A stretch of DNA of 64,000 nucleotides from Octopus vulgaris (lineage: Eukaryota), in assembly GCA_951406725.2 (NCBI GenBank), contig OX597825.1, positions 2,604,001-2,668,000 of the forward strand, in the 5' to 3' direction. How positions within the stretch are numbered: the first letter of the stretch is position 1; each line of letters starts with the position of its first letter. The notes beneath the pieces are model-generated. The model made no database searches and was not told the origin of the DNA. It saw only the letters and a list, made by a program, of their open reading frames with translations. Position numbers and translations under genes: made by a program. Shown here one piece after another: positions 41,461 to 55,006 of this stretch.

Positions 41461-41717
41461 TTGTGTTGGTGCATAATTATTGAGGCTTTTTCCAACTAAT
41501 TCTATTCAATAAAAAACAATAACAACCTCTAATAAAAACATCTTTAAATGATTATTCCGGAGCATATTCACCATTTACTTCAATTACTGCTTCCCATTTG
41601 CTTGGCAGGCAGTCAGCCCGTCATTTAAAGATGTTTTTGTTAAATATTGTTATTGATTTTGTTGAATAAAATTTGTTGAAATAAAAAAGAAGCCTCAATA
41701 ATTATGCACAAACCCAA
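41461..41717. mobile_element. Mariner-derived MITE with TA target duplication
   Basis: TIRs ttgtgttggtgcataattattgaggctt / aagcctcaataattatgcacaaacccaa. Internal minus-strand transposase end LPSKWEAVIEVNGEYAPE*. Confidence 0.85.
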
Positions 41718-41718
41718 T

Positions 41719-41811
<93 letters not shown>

Positions 41812-42199
41812 CCTCAGAGAAGAATTTAGAGATGAAAACTAACAAGAAAAAGAAAAATAATTTCATTGAAGCTGAAATATTTGACAAATGTTACATAGAG
41901 CTTCACGTAGTTGATCATCGGAGAGATTAAATATTTTGAAAAATACTATGTCTTATAAATATATATAAATGGTAACGAGTTACTTATGTTAGCACAATTG
42001 TTCAATCATGTAATTCTAACTTGAGGGTACATCAATGCATGTTTTACAATAACATGAATTCTTTGGTTGAAAACGATTGACCGTGACACGAAAAGCATAG
42101 TAAACATAGCGAGTCGGATTTGCATTATAATAAATTATATTAAATACAAGTTTGTATCAGTTGTTCCGAATGTGCACTCGTCGTTGTAATTATTTAGCA

Positions 42200-42264
<65 letters not shown>

Positions 42265-42887
42265 GCCGCCCCCCTCTCTCTCTCAGCTATGTTTCTTCCA
42301 CCCATTTTCTCTAATTTTCGATGCTTTTATATATCGCTTTCTCGACCCAGGACGTAATTATATATCACTCTATATAACTAGAAGCAACTCGACAAACAGA
42401 TATATCTCAACAACCCCAAATATATATAAATACATGTGTCATAATGTTTGAAAGGACACATAAGAGAAAATACAACGAAAAGAGCTGAATACATGTTTTA
42501 CGTTCGAAAAGTGTAATTGCCCCTCCTTTCTCATTGGGATCAAACGATTGCTTGGAAAAGATGCGGTGACGTATATTTAATATTTCCAATATTGAAATTC
42601 AATATATATATATATATATACATGTATATACCTACTTATAAATTTATGTGTGTGTGCGTATGTTTTGTATATAGATATATAATTGAAATTTACAGAAAAA
42701 CAAAAGTCAAAAACAGTTGTATGAACAAGACGCAGGTGTATTAGTATGGCGCTCGAGTAAGTGAGAAAGTATTTTACCTTTCGAGCCAACGCTCTGCAAC
42801 AGAAAAGAATAGGAGGAAATTAACAGAGAGAGAAATAAAAAAAGACGCATATAATCATATGTATATGCTTAAGTAACAATGTACGTA

Positions 42888-42925
<38 letters not shown>

Positions 42926-43712
42926 CATATAAGTGTATGTATGTATGTTTTTATGTGTGTGAGCATGTATGTACGTAAATTCTAGTGATCAACTTAAAGA
43001 GCTAATGCGTATGGGGTGGTGACACAGAAGGATTAGATTATGAAAGCCTGGAGATGGGTCGAATATAATTAACACCCACATGTGTCTCTCAATAATTTCT
43101 TCCCTCAAATCAACAGGCAATATCGGAACATGCATTAAATGGAGTTTTCCAACTTTTCGATATCGATTTCACAATGGAATTACTGCCATTAATCCTTCTT
43201 CAAATTTCATAGTAAGGAATTGTTTAAATTTCCTACCTTTGATGTAAGGAGGTCTTTCCTTTTATGAATATTTGAGAATTTTCCAATTTCTCGTAAATGC
43301 ATCTTCATCTTCCATAATTACGTGTAGTTAGTTTCTTAAATGCTTCCGAATGAAAGACAAAGAAAAAGAAAATAATGCTTTTCAGTTTCCCTTTGACATA
43401 TTGTTTTTGTACTTGTTCTTTATCAGATATTTTCTGGCCAATTTCAACTTTTTGTTACCTTGAACATTTTTCTTACTGTGAGTAATAAGAATATTATTAA
43501 TATCATTCATTATAAATATTTCTCTGAGATATATTTTTAATGCAAATTCATCACGAAGCTCATCTACAATAGCTTTAGGCAAGTATGAAGATGGTGACGT
43601 ATATATATATATATATATATATATATGTAGGTCCCGGGTAGATTCGGGGTTAACCACAGTAAGTAAGGTACTCAATACATAGCAGAGTAAAATTAATTTA
43701 TTATATAGAAGG

Positions 43713-43763
43713 AGCTTCTACAGGACTAGTACTGTTTCATTCAAGAGAAATCTTCAGGAAGCT
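43713..43763 (-). ncRNA. Type I hammerhead ribozyme (left arm)
   Basis: Mirror of 47401-47451. Confidence 0.8.
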
Positions 43764-44081
43764 ATTTAACAAGAATTGTATTAGCATTTATACATTTAGG
43801 CAGGTTTAAAGGAGTGGTGGTGGGGGACTTTTTGGGGGTAGGCATAGCGCAAAATATCATACTTGGGGGAGTGGTCAAGGAGTCAGTGGTAAGTTAGATG
43901 AAAGAATAGATAAATAAAAAAAATAAAAAAATAAAAAATATATATAAAAAATATATATATAAAAATATATATATAAAAAAAGGGGGGATAGAGTTATAGG
44001 TAAATAAGGAGATTCTCACTTATACCTATACACACATGTATACGTATCTACACACACATATATATATACACATATATATAT

Positions 44082-44128
<47 letters not shown>

Positions 44129-45532
44129 CATATACATATATACACACATACATACATATCTACATACACACATACATACACCCGCCCACATATACAAATT
44201 TATACACATGCACATGCCTATACCTGTCTACACATACACACACGTATATATGCATACACTCACTCCCATGCATGCACGCATACACACATGTATATATATA
44301 TATATACCCACGACCACACATACATATATACACATAAAAATATATATTCATACGCACATACACACTCATGCACACACAACACACCTAGTTCCCTATATAC
44401 ACATATTTACACCTATATATACATACACCCACATACACCTATGTACATATATATATATACACAAACATATACACGCATACATATATATACATGTGTGCAC
44501 ATACATACATACACACATATATACATACACATACACATACACATGTGTACCTATACATACCTACACATACACACATACATACATACAAATATACATATAC
44601 ATATATATATATACAATCCAATACAGGCCCATTCCCTAATTTTAATTTTATTATCTTCATTTATTACTTTTGTTATCTTTAATCGCTAGAGCTAAGAATC
44701 CTGGCAGTGGCTGCATGTCCATTTGTCTGTCTACTAGAAGGCAAGTACTCATTCCCGCACGCACACTCATTAGCACGTACATTCACCCATTCGTACACTC
44801 ATACACATACACGTACGCACGCGTTATATTCATACATACAAACATCTACATACGTTCACGTATATACACATACGTACTCGTACCTACAGATTCGTGTCTA
44901 CACTTTAGGAGGCTAGTCTATACATATACACCAATAAATATACATATATATACATATATATACACACATATACATACACACACACACATATATACTCCTA
45001 CATACAGATACATACCTATATATATATATATATATACATACATACACATACACACATACATATACACACACATACATACACATATATATACATACACAAA
45101 CATATATACACACATATATATATACATACACACATACACACATACATACGTATACATACATACATACATCCATACATCCATACTTACATGCATTTATACG
45201 CATACACACACCCATCTATATATATGTATATATATATATATATATATATACACACTCACACATACATATACAAATCTACGCACACACATACATACATACA
45301 CGTATACACATACACGCACATACACATATACATGCGTACCCATACACGTGCACACACGCACGCGCATCCATATATATACACACACACACATATATATACA
45401 CGTGTGCAAGCATACATACATACTCATACGCGCACACATTCTTACATATACATATATGCACACACTTACACACATATATATACATACACATATACATGCA
45501 TACATACATATATGCATACATACACACACGCA

Positions 45533-45626
<94 letters not shown>

Positions 45627-46111
45627 GTGTGTGTATGTATGCATATATGTATGTATGCATGTATATGTGTATGTATATATATGTGTGTAAGTGTGTGCAT
45701 ATATGTATATGTAAGTATGTGTGCGCGTATGAGTATGTATGTATGCTTGCACACGTGTATATATGTGTGTGTGTGTATATATATGGATGCGCGTGCGTGT
45801 GTGCACGTGTATGGGTACGCATGTATATGTGTATGTGCGTGTATGTGTATACGTGTATGTATGTATGTGTGTGCGTAGATTTGTATATGTATGTGTGAGT
45901 GTGTATATATATATATATATATATACATATATATAGATGGGTGTGTGTATGCGTATAAATGCATGTAAGTATGGATGTATGGATGTATGTATGTATGTAT
46001 ACGTATGTATGTGTGTATGTGTGTATGTATATATATATGTGTGTATATATGTTTGTGTATGTATATATATGTGTATGTATGTGTGTGTATATGTATGTGT
46101 GTATGTGTATG

Positions 46112-46161
<50 letters not shown>

Positions 46162-47039
46162 TATGTATCTGTATGTAGGAGTATATATGTGTGTGTGTGT
46201 ATGTATATGTGTGTATATATATATATATATGTATATTTATTGGTGTATATGTATAGACTAGCCTCCTAAAGTGTAGACACGAATCTGTAGGTACGAGTAC
46301 GTATGTGTATATACGTGAACGTATGTAGATGTTTGTATGTATGAATATAACGCGTGCGTACGTGTATGTGTATGAGTGTACGAATGGGTGAATGTACGTG
46401 CTAATGAGTGTGCGTGCGGGAATGAGTACTTGCCTTCTAGTAGACAGACAAATGGACATGCAGCCACTGCCAGGATTCTTAGCTCTAGCGATTAAAGATA
46501 ACAAAAGTAATAAATGAAGATAATAAAATTAAAATTAGGGAATGGGCCTGTATTGGATTGTATATATATATATATGTATATGTATATTTGTATGTATGTA
46601 TGTGTGTATGTGTAGGTATGTATAGGTACACATGTGTATGTGTATGTGTATGTATATATGTGTGTATGTATGTATGTGCACACATGTATATATATGTATG
46701 CGTGTATATGTTTGTGTATATATATATATATGTACATAGGTGTATGTGGGTGTATGTATATATAGGTGTAAATATGTGTATATAGGGAACTAGGTGTGTT
46801 GTGTGTGCATGAGTGTATGTGCGTATGAATATATATTTTTATGTGTATATATGTATGTGTGGTCGTGGGTATATATATATATATACATGTGTGTATGCGT
46901 GCATGCATGGGAGTGAGTGTATGCATATATACGTGTGTGTATGTGTAGACAGGTATAGGCATGTGCATGTGTATAAATTTGTATATGTGGGCGGGTGTAT
47001 GTATGTGTGTATGTAGATATGTATGTATGTGTGTATATG

Positions 47040-47086
<47 letters not shown>

Positions 47087-47400
47087 ATATATATATGTGT
47101 ATATATATGTGTGTGTAGATACGTATACATGTGTGTATAGGTATAAGTGAGAATCTCCTTATTTACCTATAACTCTATCCCCCCTTTTTTTATATATATA
47201 TTTTTATATATATATTTTTTATATATATTTTTTATTTTTAATTTTTTTATTTATCTATTCTTTCATCTAACTTACCACTGACTCCTTGACCACTCCCCCA
47301 AGTATGATATTTTGCGCTATGCCTACCCCCAAAAAGTCCCCCACCACCACTCCTTTAAACCTGCCTAAATGTATAAATGCTAATACAATTCTTGTTAAAT

Positions 47401-47451
47401 AGCTTCCTGAAGATTTCTCTTGAATGAAACAGTACTAGTCCTGTAGAAGCT
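47401..47451 (+). ncRNA. Type I hammerhead ribozyme (right arm)
   Basis: agcttc-CTGAAGA-tttc tctt gaat-GAAA-cag tactagtc ctg-TA-gaagct. Perfect 6-bp stem I, stem III ACAG/CTGT, GUA triplet. Confidence 0.82.
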
Positions 47452-47462
47452 CCTTCTATATA

Positions 47463-47507
<45 letters not shown>

Positions 47508-48609
47508 TGTGTGTGTATGTGTAAGAGAAGAGAGAAATGCATGTCATTATAAACCGCTGTTTTATGTAGGTTTATTCGTATGTTATGATCCAGTTATACG
47601 GACGTTGACATAGACACATACACACGCACATACGCGTGCATGCGCTCTCTCTTTCACACACACATACACACAAGCACATGCATATATATAAAGTTTGTTT
47701 TCGATATATAAATGTTCCACGTAACTTTAATGGTTACGCAATCATTCCATTAAATGTGCTTGTCATTCAACGTATCATTCAAAAGAAGATGTCTTCTCGT
47801 ATATAGCATAGAGAACTATAAAGAATGAGAAAATGGTAGAAAACTAGAATGCGAGCTAGGTATCAGATATATATACTGTCTGCTGACAGATATGTATTTC
47901 ATAGAGGAAAATATTTAGGTGAGAGGCTATAGATGCCGTTCGTTGCACGAATAGAATTCATTTTTCCCATTGAGTATACAATAGCATAGTCACGGTACCT
48001 CATATGAAAAATCAGTTGGATGGGAAGTTTCTATTAAAGTTTGAATATGTTGAAGGTGATGAATGTAAGATGAACGGATATTTTGTATAAACATAGAAGG
48101 AACGCATATTATAACAAATGAAGTTCATGAATGAATAACGGCGATGAAGAGTCACTGGTTTAATCGCAAGAGCGTAGGTTGTGTTACACTGACGACATTA
48201 GGTATAAAACTAGGGTAAATTTTAAGGTGTGTGGGTGCTGTTCCGAATGGGCATCATGGACCTGCCACGACTTGTTTGACTTTCAATACGTTACCTCACA
48301 TATTCCCGCAGGTGTAAGTATTTTGCAGAGTGAAGAAAATCAGTAGCTTATCCACTGCACAAATTTGCTCTTTTCTTTGATTCATTGGCTAGAACTTTCG
48401 AAAAGTTTCCATTTTCCAATCATATTTTACTTTTATGGTAAACAAGCGCTAAATCAATGTAGAATTTGTAGGAATTAACACGTAAATATAAATAAAAATG
48501 CATGTTAGAAGGAATAATGAAAAAAAAACCGGATGGATTAGATTAGCGTTCAAACTCATTCCTGGAATATTGTTATACAGTTATTGGGTGTTAATATTGT
48601 ATAGTAGAA

Positions 48610-49020
48610 AGGTGACGAGCTGGCAGGATGGTTAATATGCCAGACTGCGCACAACAGCATTTCTTGCAGCTTATGATCTAAGTTCAAATTTCGCTGGGAT
48701 CTAATATGCCTTCCATGTTTCTGGATTAATGAAATATGTACCTGTCAGCACTGGCGTCATTGTGATCGAGTATCCCCTCCCCCAGATTTTAGGCCTTGTG
48801 CTTATAATAGAGAACAATATCAGCAACCCCATAGGCGGTGAGCTGGTATAATGTTTAGCGCTGCAATTTCTCTCGGCTTTATATTCACAGTACAAATTAC
48901 GCTGTGGTTGAATTTACCTTTCAATATTTCGAGATCGATATAATAAGAACCATTTGAGCACTGGGGTCAATGAAATGGGCATACTGTCTTCAGAGAACCT
49001 CTGCCAAAATTTGAAACCAA
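48610..49020 (+). mobile_element. Two tandem degenerate tRNA-derived SINEs of one abundant family
   Basis: ggtgacgagctggcag...agttcaaatt...gccttcca...tacc...gcactgg, repeated from 48833. Confidence 0.65.
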
Positions 49021-49867
49021 TATTATCGAATACACTTAAGTATATATTTCATGTACAACTTGTTATATCAGATTAAGTAACTCAACGTATTTACTGTACG
49101 AGAAATCAATATTTCTAATATGTACACTAGGTATCAACGACTATCGGAAAATGTAAAACGTGTCTCAAAGGTCAATGTTCCTTCTTGTCTATGTACAGAT
49201 CCTTACTTGCATGTCAGTATTATAAATGTTACGTCATTTGCGTTACTCTTCTGTGTATACATTACCTCATATAAGCTTTTATTTGGAGAGTGTACATGGA
49301 TGGCTGGACCGAGATTAGTAACCATGCAACAGTCTGTTTAGAAACAAACACACCTTATCAGCATACATTTAGGTTCCAGAGAAAGACCCAACTAATTCTC
49401 ATATACAAACAGTTACATGGCAAATGGGGTGTAAATTGGAATAGTACAAATATTTTTGTCTCTAAAATGAGGTTAATGGTGTGAAAAATTATAATCGTAT
49501 TAGCAAGAACTCATCTCACATATTTAGGAGTATTTATATTTGCATCATTCAATTGGCATCGACATCAAACCTTTTTTTTTAATTACTATTTCCGATTGAT
49601 TAGAATCCGTGTGTTTATATTAGAATTACATTAACTAATTTACAAATACATTAATTGATTTACAAATATAAAATCAATTTTCTACGAAGGGTGTATATAA
49701 GAATCAATTAATGTAAATATTTTGTTATTATATTCCGTGTTTGTTCAAGATCTATACATACATACATACATAAATATACATATATACATATGTATATATA
49801 TACACAAATATAGACACACTCACACACACACACAGATATACATGTATATCTACGTAAATATATATGG

Positions 49868-49943
<76 letters not shown>

Positions 49944-50604
49944 TTATATTTATATTTATATTTATGTATTGCTGGTTTTCAACTTCAGCTTGGAAATTTG
50001 GAGTAAGCGAGCGTATTTTAATCGGCTGATCCAATTTACTTACGCTGAATTTCTGCGTAAACACAACGAGCAAGACGAAACAAATACAATATTTCGAAAC
50101 AATAGCCGAGATGGAACCCTGAAATGACAAACAATTTACCAATGTCTTTAGTGAAATACATGTTAAAGATGAATAAAGTGAAGTAATATTGTTGTAAAAA
50201 TCAGTTCAATGTTGTTGCTTCATCAGTAACTCAGTGATGCATTCATGGAGTTTTATTTATTTATATTTTGCTGATGTTTCAGCTCATAGCTGCAGCCATG
50301 CGGATGCAGCGCCGTTATAAATAAATCTCTATAAAACTTCGCCGTAATAAGCCAATCTCTATAAATCTTCGCTAATTTTTTGGAGAATTTAAATAAATAT
50401 ATGGATTAAACTATTAACTCTTACTGAAGACTTTAGACGAGGGACATTGGAATATATTTGACCGATATAATATAATGAGGGGAAATACAGAAGGTTCATT
50501 CTTGAGGGAAAGAACGTGAAACTTGAAGGGGTTTAATGAACTGTTACTTCGTATGAGTTAATCTTATGTCACATTACTATGTCGCATGAATTGAATATTA
50601 AATA

Positions 50605-51210
50605 CTCCTTTCTATTAAAGGCACAAGGCCTGGAAATTTGGGTAAGGGGTCTATTCCATTATGTCGTTACTAATATTTCATTTGTACTTTATTTATAGAC
50701 ACCGAAAAAATGTAAAGCAAAGTCGACCTCGGTAGAATTTGAACTCCGAACGTAGCTACAACCGAAATATTGCTCATCATCTCGCCGGGCTCGCTAGCGA
50801 TTCTGCCAGATCACTGCTTTTATGAATAATAAATAATCTTTTCTACTATAAGTTCAAACCCTGAAATTTGGAGGAGGAGGAAGTCAATAACATGGACTTC
50901 AGTTACACAAATCTTTTATCGACCCCGAAAGGGGGGAAGGGAAAGTCGACTACATGAAACGTGAACTCAGTATGCCGGCGTACTAAAGATTCTGCCAGCT
51001 CCCTGCCTTTATGATAATCCTTTTTTCTTCTACTCTAGGCACAAGGCCCATAAATTTGTGGGGAGGGCCATCTCGATTAGTACGCAACTGGTACTTAATT
51101 TATCGACGCCGAAAGGATGTGAGGCAATGTCGGCCTCGGCGGAATTTGAACCCAGAACGTAAAGACAGACGAAATACCGCTAAGCATTTCTGTCAGTTCG
51201 CCGCCTTCGT
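50605..51210 (-). mobile_element. Three tandem copies of the same SINE family (others at ~30900-31060, 53825-54005, 55650-55790)
   Basis: Recurrent aggcacaaggcc...tttatcgaccccgaaagg...aagtcgacctcggcggaatttgaactcagaacg (reverse B box). Confidence 0.75.
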
Positions 51211-52109
51211 GTAAACAGCTATAGTATTAGTGAAGAGCTTAGGGTGATCCTTGGTGTAGCGGATTCATATAAGTATTAATTCGCTGGTGAAAAGCTACAT
51301 TAAATGAACGGTTCAAAATATTTTACTGTTCAGAATTTACATTGTGAATAATTCTAATATTCCTCTTTTGGTCATTATAAACAGCCAGTGAAACCGAAGT
51401 GAGAAAAATGACAACATATAACGAACCATGTGTATCAATTTCCATACACATACAATCCACTGGGATGGTGATAGGTCTCAATCCTTTAAGAGTAAATGTA
51501 TCCATGGAATAAACATATATCGTAATTCATGCAGTTTTTCTCATAAGTCACATGACCGATTATTCCTGATGTATCCAAGATATAATGTAGAGATATAAAT
51601 GTATATGTAGGTTTCAACAAAACATGTATATACACAAACGTATATTCATACACGCGCAGGTAACATATATAGTTACGTATCTGTGCGTATATGTTTCAAC
51701 GTCGGTACCGGTCTTTGTTGTATATATTCAGAAATCGTTTCTAATAATGTAATGTGTAGAAAATAAATGAGTGGTGTCAACAATGGAGAAAACATTGGTA
51801 AAGGCTTCTTTAAAAAATATTTTCCATCTGCAAAATAAAAGTATGTGAATGCACCTACGCAGACTCGATATCATTTTCTTTTGTATGTTTTAAAACTCAT
51901 ATGTTCAAACGAATATCATTATTATTATTATTATTTATCAACTTGTAAACAATTTGCTTCTGTTTACTTCAAATATTTACTTTTTAATTTTCACAGATCG
52001 TTTCTTCGTCTTAAAATTTCGAAGGTTTTTCATGATTTTTATCTACATATACGTAAAATGTAGCCTAGAAAGTCAAACGTCATCATATCCACAAATATTG
52101 TCAAATATA

Positions 52110-53132
52110 TTAGGTTGTCAAGTATGAAATTTGTAGTAAGGTATATGGTAAACTTTGACAGCGGCTCATTTTGCACCATTATTATATTTTGACAATCTTT
52201 ATCTTTTGTTAGAAAGCTGACACATCTATTTGTTTATTCTAACTCATTTTACGTTTTATAAATTTTTTATAAATCTTCTTTTGCCATTCTTGTTTAGAGA
52301 TAGATAAGTCGGAAATTCGTACAGTTTTGAAATCTGAGTTCTTTCTTGGAAATACAGCATCACACACAGCTCGGAATATTAATGGAGTATTTCATTCTAA
52401 TGTTCTTACACAGCAGACGGTATCAAATTGCAAAATTTCGTTCTGGTAACTTTGATCACACAAATGAGCAACGCGGTCGACTAGAAACAAAGATGGGTCA
52501 TGACGAACTGAATGCCACCGTAGAGCCAGATCCATCTCAAAATGCCCGTGAATTATCATTGTTGTCTAGCAAGCAAACAATATTGACTCACCTAGTTTAA
52601 ATCGGTAAAGTGAATATTTTGGATAAGTGGGTTTCACATGAATTCGATGAAAATCAGAACTCATCAATCACCGCCGAAGTATCCAGCAACCTGGACCAAA
52701 TGATGCAGAAACCTACAAAAACAGCCTAGATTAGTCAAAAGCTCCACTCCTATTTTATTGCAAGACAACGCCAGGGCACACATCGCAAGAATGACATTGA
52801 CGAAACAACAGGATTTGGAGTTGGAAGTTCTCTATCATCCACCATACTCACCTGATCTTGTCCCCACTTACTAACACTTCTTCCAGAATTTGGATAAATT
52901 TTTGATACGGAAAAAATTAAATTCCGACGATGCTGTAAAACAGACCTTCCAAGAATTTATTGACTCTAGATTGCCAGGCTTTTACAATCTCGGGCTAGAC
53001 AAGCTACCGCTGATATGGAAAAGTGTATTGCCAATATGGATGCATATTTTGATGAATAAAACTATTCCTTGTATTTATAAAACATTAGCAAACTTTTTTT
53101 TCTTTCAATAAGTTTCATACTTGACGACACAA
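52110..53132 (+). mobile_element. Internally deleted, decayed mariner transposon
   Basis: TIRs ttaggttgtcaagtatgaaattt / aagtttcatacttgacgacacaa with TA flanks. FRSGNFD, KWVSHE, LQDNARAH, HPPYSPDL motifs with stops. Confidence 0.9.
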
Positions 53133-54161
53133 TAGAAATGAACGCGAGAAGACCAAATAACAACGGATAAAAGGAAAGCATTTTTTCTGTATTTCAAACT
53201 AAGCATATCGAGATATAGAGTACCTGATATACATACAGGCATAGATATATACATAGATACATGCACACACATGCAGACATACACACTCACGCATACATAC
53301 GCACATAGAATCATATTGTTGACGACATTGCGTTGGCAAATACAAGGTGTATACCTAAATTTAAAATTGTCACATACACATGCACGCATGTACACAAACA
53401 CACACACATAACAGACAGTGAAAATGTTAGTATAGGAGATTTTCCTCACGCTAAACAAGAAAACAATAGGGAGAAGGTCACTGGTTTCGGTCATTTGAGA
53501 CAAGATTTTCCCGGTGGAATGAAATGAAGAAAATTTAAATTAAGTTTCGTAAGAATTTTTCTGCAAGTTCATATATTTTAATCAAAATATCACATGCTGT
53601 TTTATTCCATCTTCTTAATAGGGCGCCGTGTATTATTTCTTATTTATGAAATTCCGGAATTGATATACAATTTTAATTAAAATCATTTTCATTTTTATTT
53701 ACATTTTATTCCAGCATCGTATTAAACTGGCGAAACTGGTTCACATATTTTTTTCTCTCTCTCTTTCTCTCTCTGAATTCTACAAGAAAATTCTCAAGAA
53801 ACGCTGAATTTTCTTTATCTCTATATATTAGTTACAAAAATTTGGTACAAGACCAGTAACATCATAAGTGGGGAGAAGTCAATTTCATCGACCCCAGTTC
53901 TCAATGGAACTTGTTTTACCGAACCCGAAGGGATGAAAGTCAAGCCCAATTTCGGCGCCATTTCATGTCTGAGGGTAAAGATGGTCGAAATGTTTCCAAG
54001 CATTTTACCACTTATTATTTTAGCTGTTCGCTTTTCTTATCTTTACAACATTTATGCGCAATATCTGAGCTTATTACATATGCATGTATGTATGTATGGA
54101 AAGGTGCGTTCATGTATGAATATATGTATGTATGCAAGCATGTATGTATGTATGTATGTAT

Positions 54162-54648
54162 GCTATTGATCGTAGCAGGCGGAGAAGGATTGTGCATGAG
54201 GGGACAGCCACGTTTGAGAAATCTCCAGTTGCACATGAGAAAGTAAGGAGGGATGTCAGGAAGGGCATCGCTGTTACACTTCCGGAAGGGAAGGGTTTTC
54301 CTTTGATTCTGACCTGCAATGTCCGTGCAAGACCCTGCCTCAGTAAAGCTGAACTCATGAGTCGTCTTCGTAGTCATAAAACGAGACAGATGAGGGACAA
54401 TCTAGTAACTGGTGGTGGTGTAACACACCATACTAATCATATCTGTCGGGCATGTGGAAGAGAGTGTAATTCGGCAGGAGGACTTAAACGACATGCAAAG
54501 GTACATGAAACCCAGTTACAACTACAGCCGGCTATTACCAGTAAAAGTCTTAGTTGCCAATTTTGTACAAGACATTGTAGATCTTTAGCTGGGCTATAAA
54601 GTAACAGTTAAGCTTCGTGCAATGGCCATACTCGATAACGAGGGGGCA

Positions 54649-54655
<7 letters not shown>
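54162..54655 (+). mobile_element. 5'-truncated RTE-clade LINE end with tandem C2H2 zinc fingers
   Basis: DRSRRRRIVHEGTATFE, then CRACGRECNSAGGLKRHAKVH and CQFCTRHCRSLAGL. Short 3' UTR ending cagccatcat + (TA)n. Confidence 0.8.
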
Positions 54656-54707
<52 letters not shown>

Positions 54708-54719
54708 CGAGGGTATGAG

Positions 54720-54836
54720 AGGTGTTGGTGCCAAGTAGACCCAAAGGTGTCAGGTAATCCTGAGTAACTGCTTTCGACGGATGGTTGAGCTTCAGGTTCG
54801 ATGATGACACGAATGAGCAGTCCAACGTAGGTCGTA
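54720..54836 (+). repeat. Dispersed ~115-bp repeat, second copy at ~57010-57125
   Basis: Shared agacccaaaggtgtcaggtaatcctgag...gtccaacgtaggtcgta. Confidence 0.75.
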
Positions 54837-54957
54837 TATTAGCATGCATATTCTCTTATATATTTCATTACAATGACTGTGGCCATGCTGGAGCACCTGA
54901 GATTAAAAGATCCAAGGCTATGAATGTTTTCAGAACATAAAATTTTTATAAAGAGAA

Positions 54958-55006
54958 GATATTACAGCTGTTTCCCGGATGTTTTATATATCCCTTCAGC
55001 AGAGTC
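54958..55006 (-). ncRNA. Degenerate hammerhead (Penelope-type remnant)
   Basis: gact-CTGCTGA-aggga..tccgg-GAAA-cagctg-TA. Palindromic ACAGCTGT stem III; stem I poorly paired. Confidence 0.5.

Larger units (their letters stand above)
43626..47468. mobile_element. 3.8-kb palindromic Penelope-like foldback element (arms 43696-45529 and 45627-47468)
   Basis: The arms are reverse complements, including the unique islands 43700-44035/47131-47465 and 44615-44935/46235-46560. (TA)n on both flanks. Confidence 0.9.

Noticed and set aside
46395-46500. SECIS-like element in the palindrome's unique island
   Set aside because: ATGA is present, but no convincing GA quartet or apical AA geometry was found.
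44036-47130. Long ORFs (402 aa, 436 aa and others) rich in H/T/Y/I/C/V/M
   Set aside because: Translations of cryptic (CA/TA) simple repeats, duplicated by the palindrome. No domain-like content.
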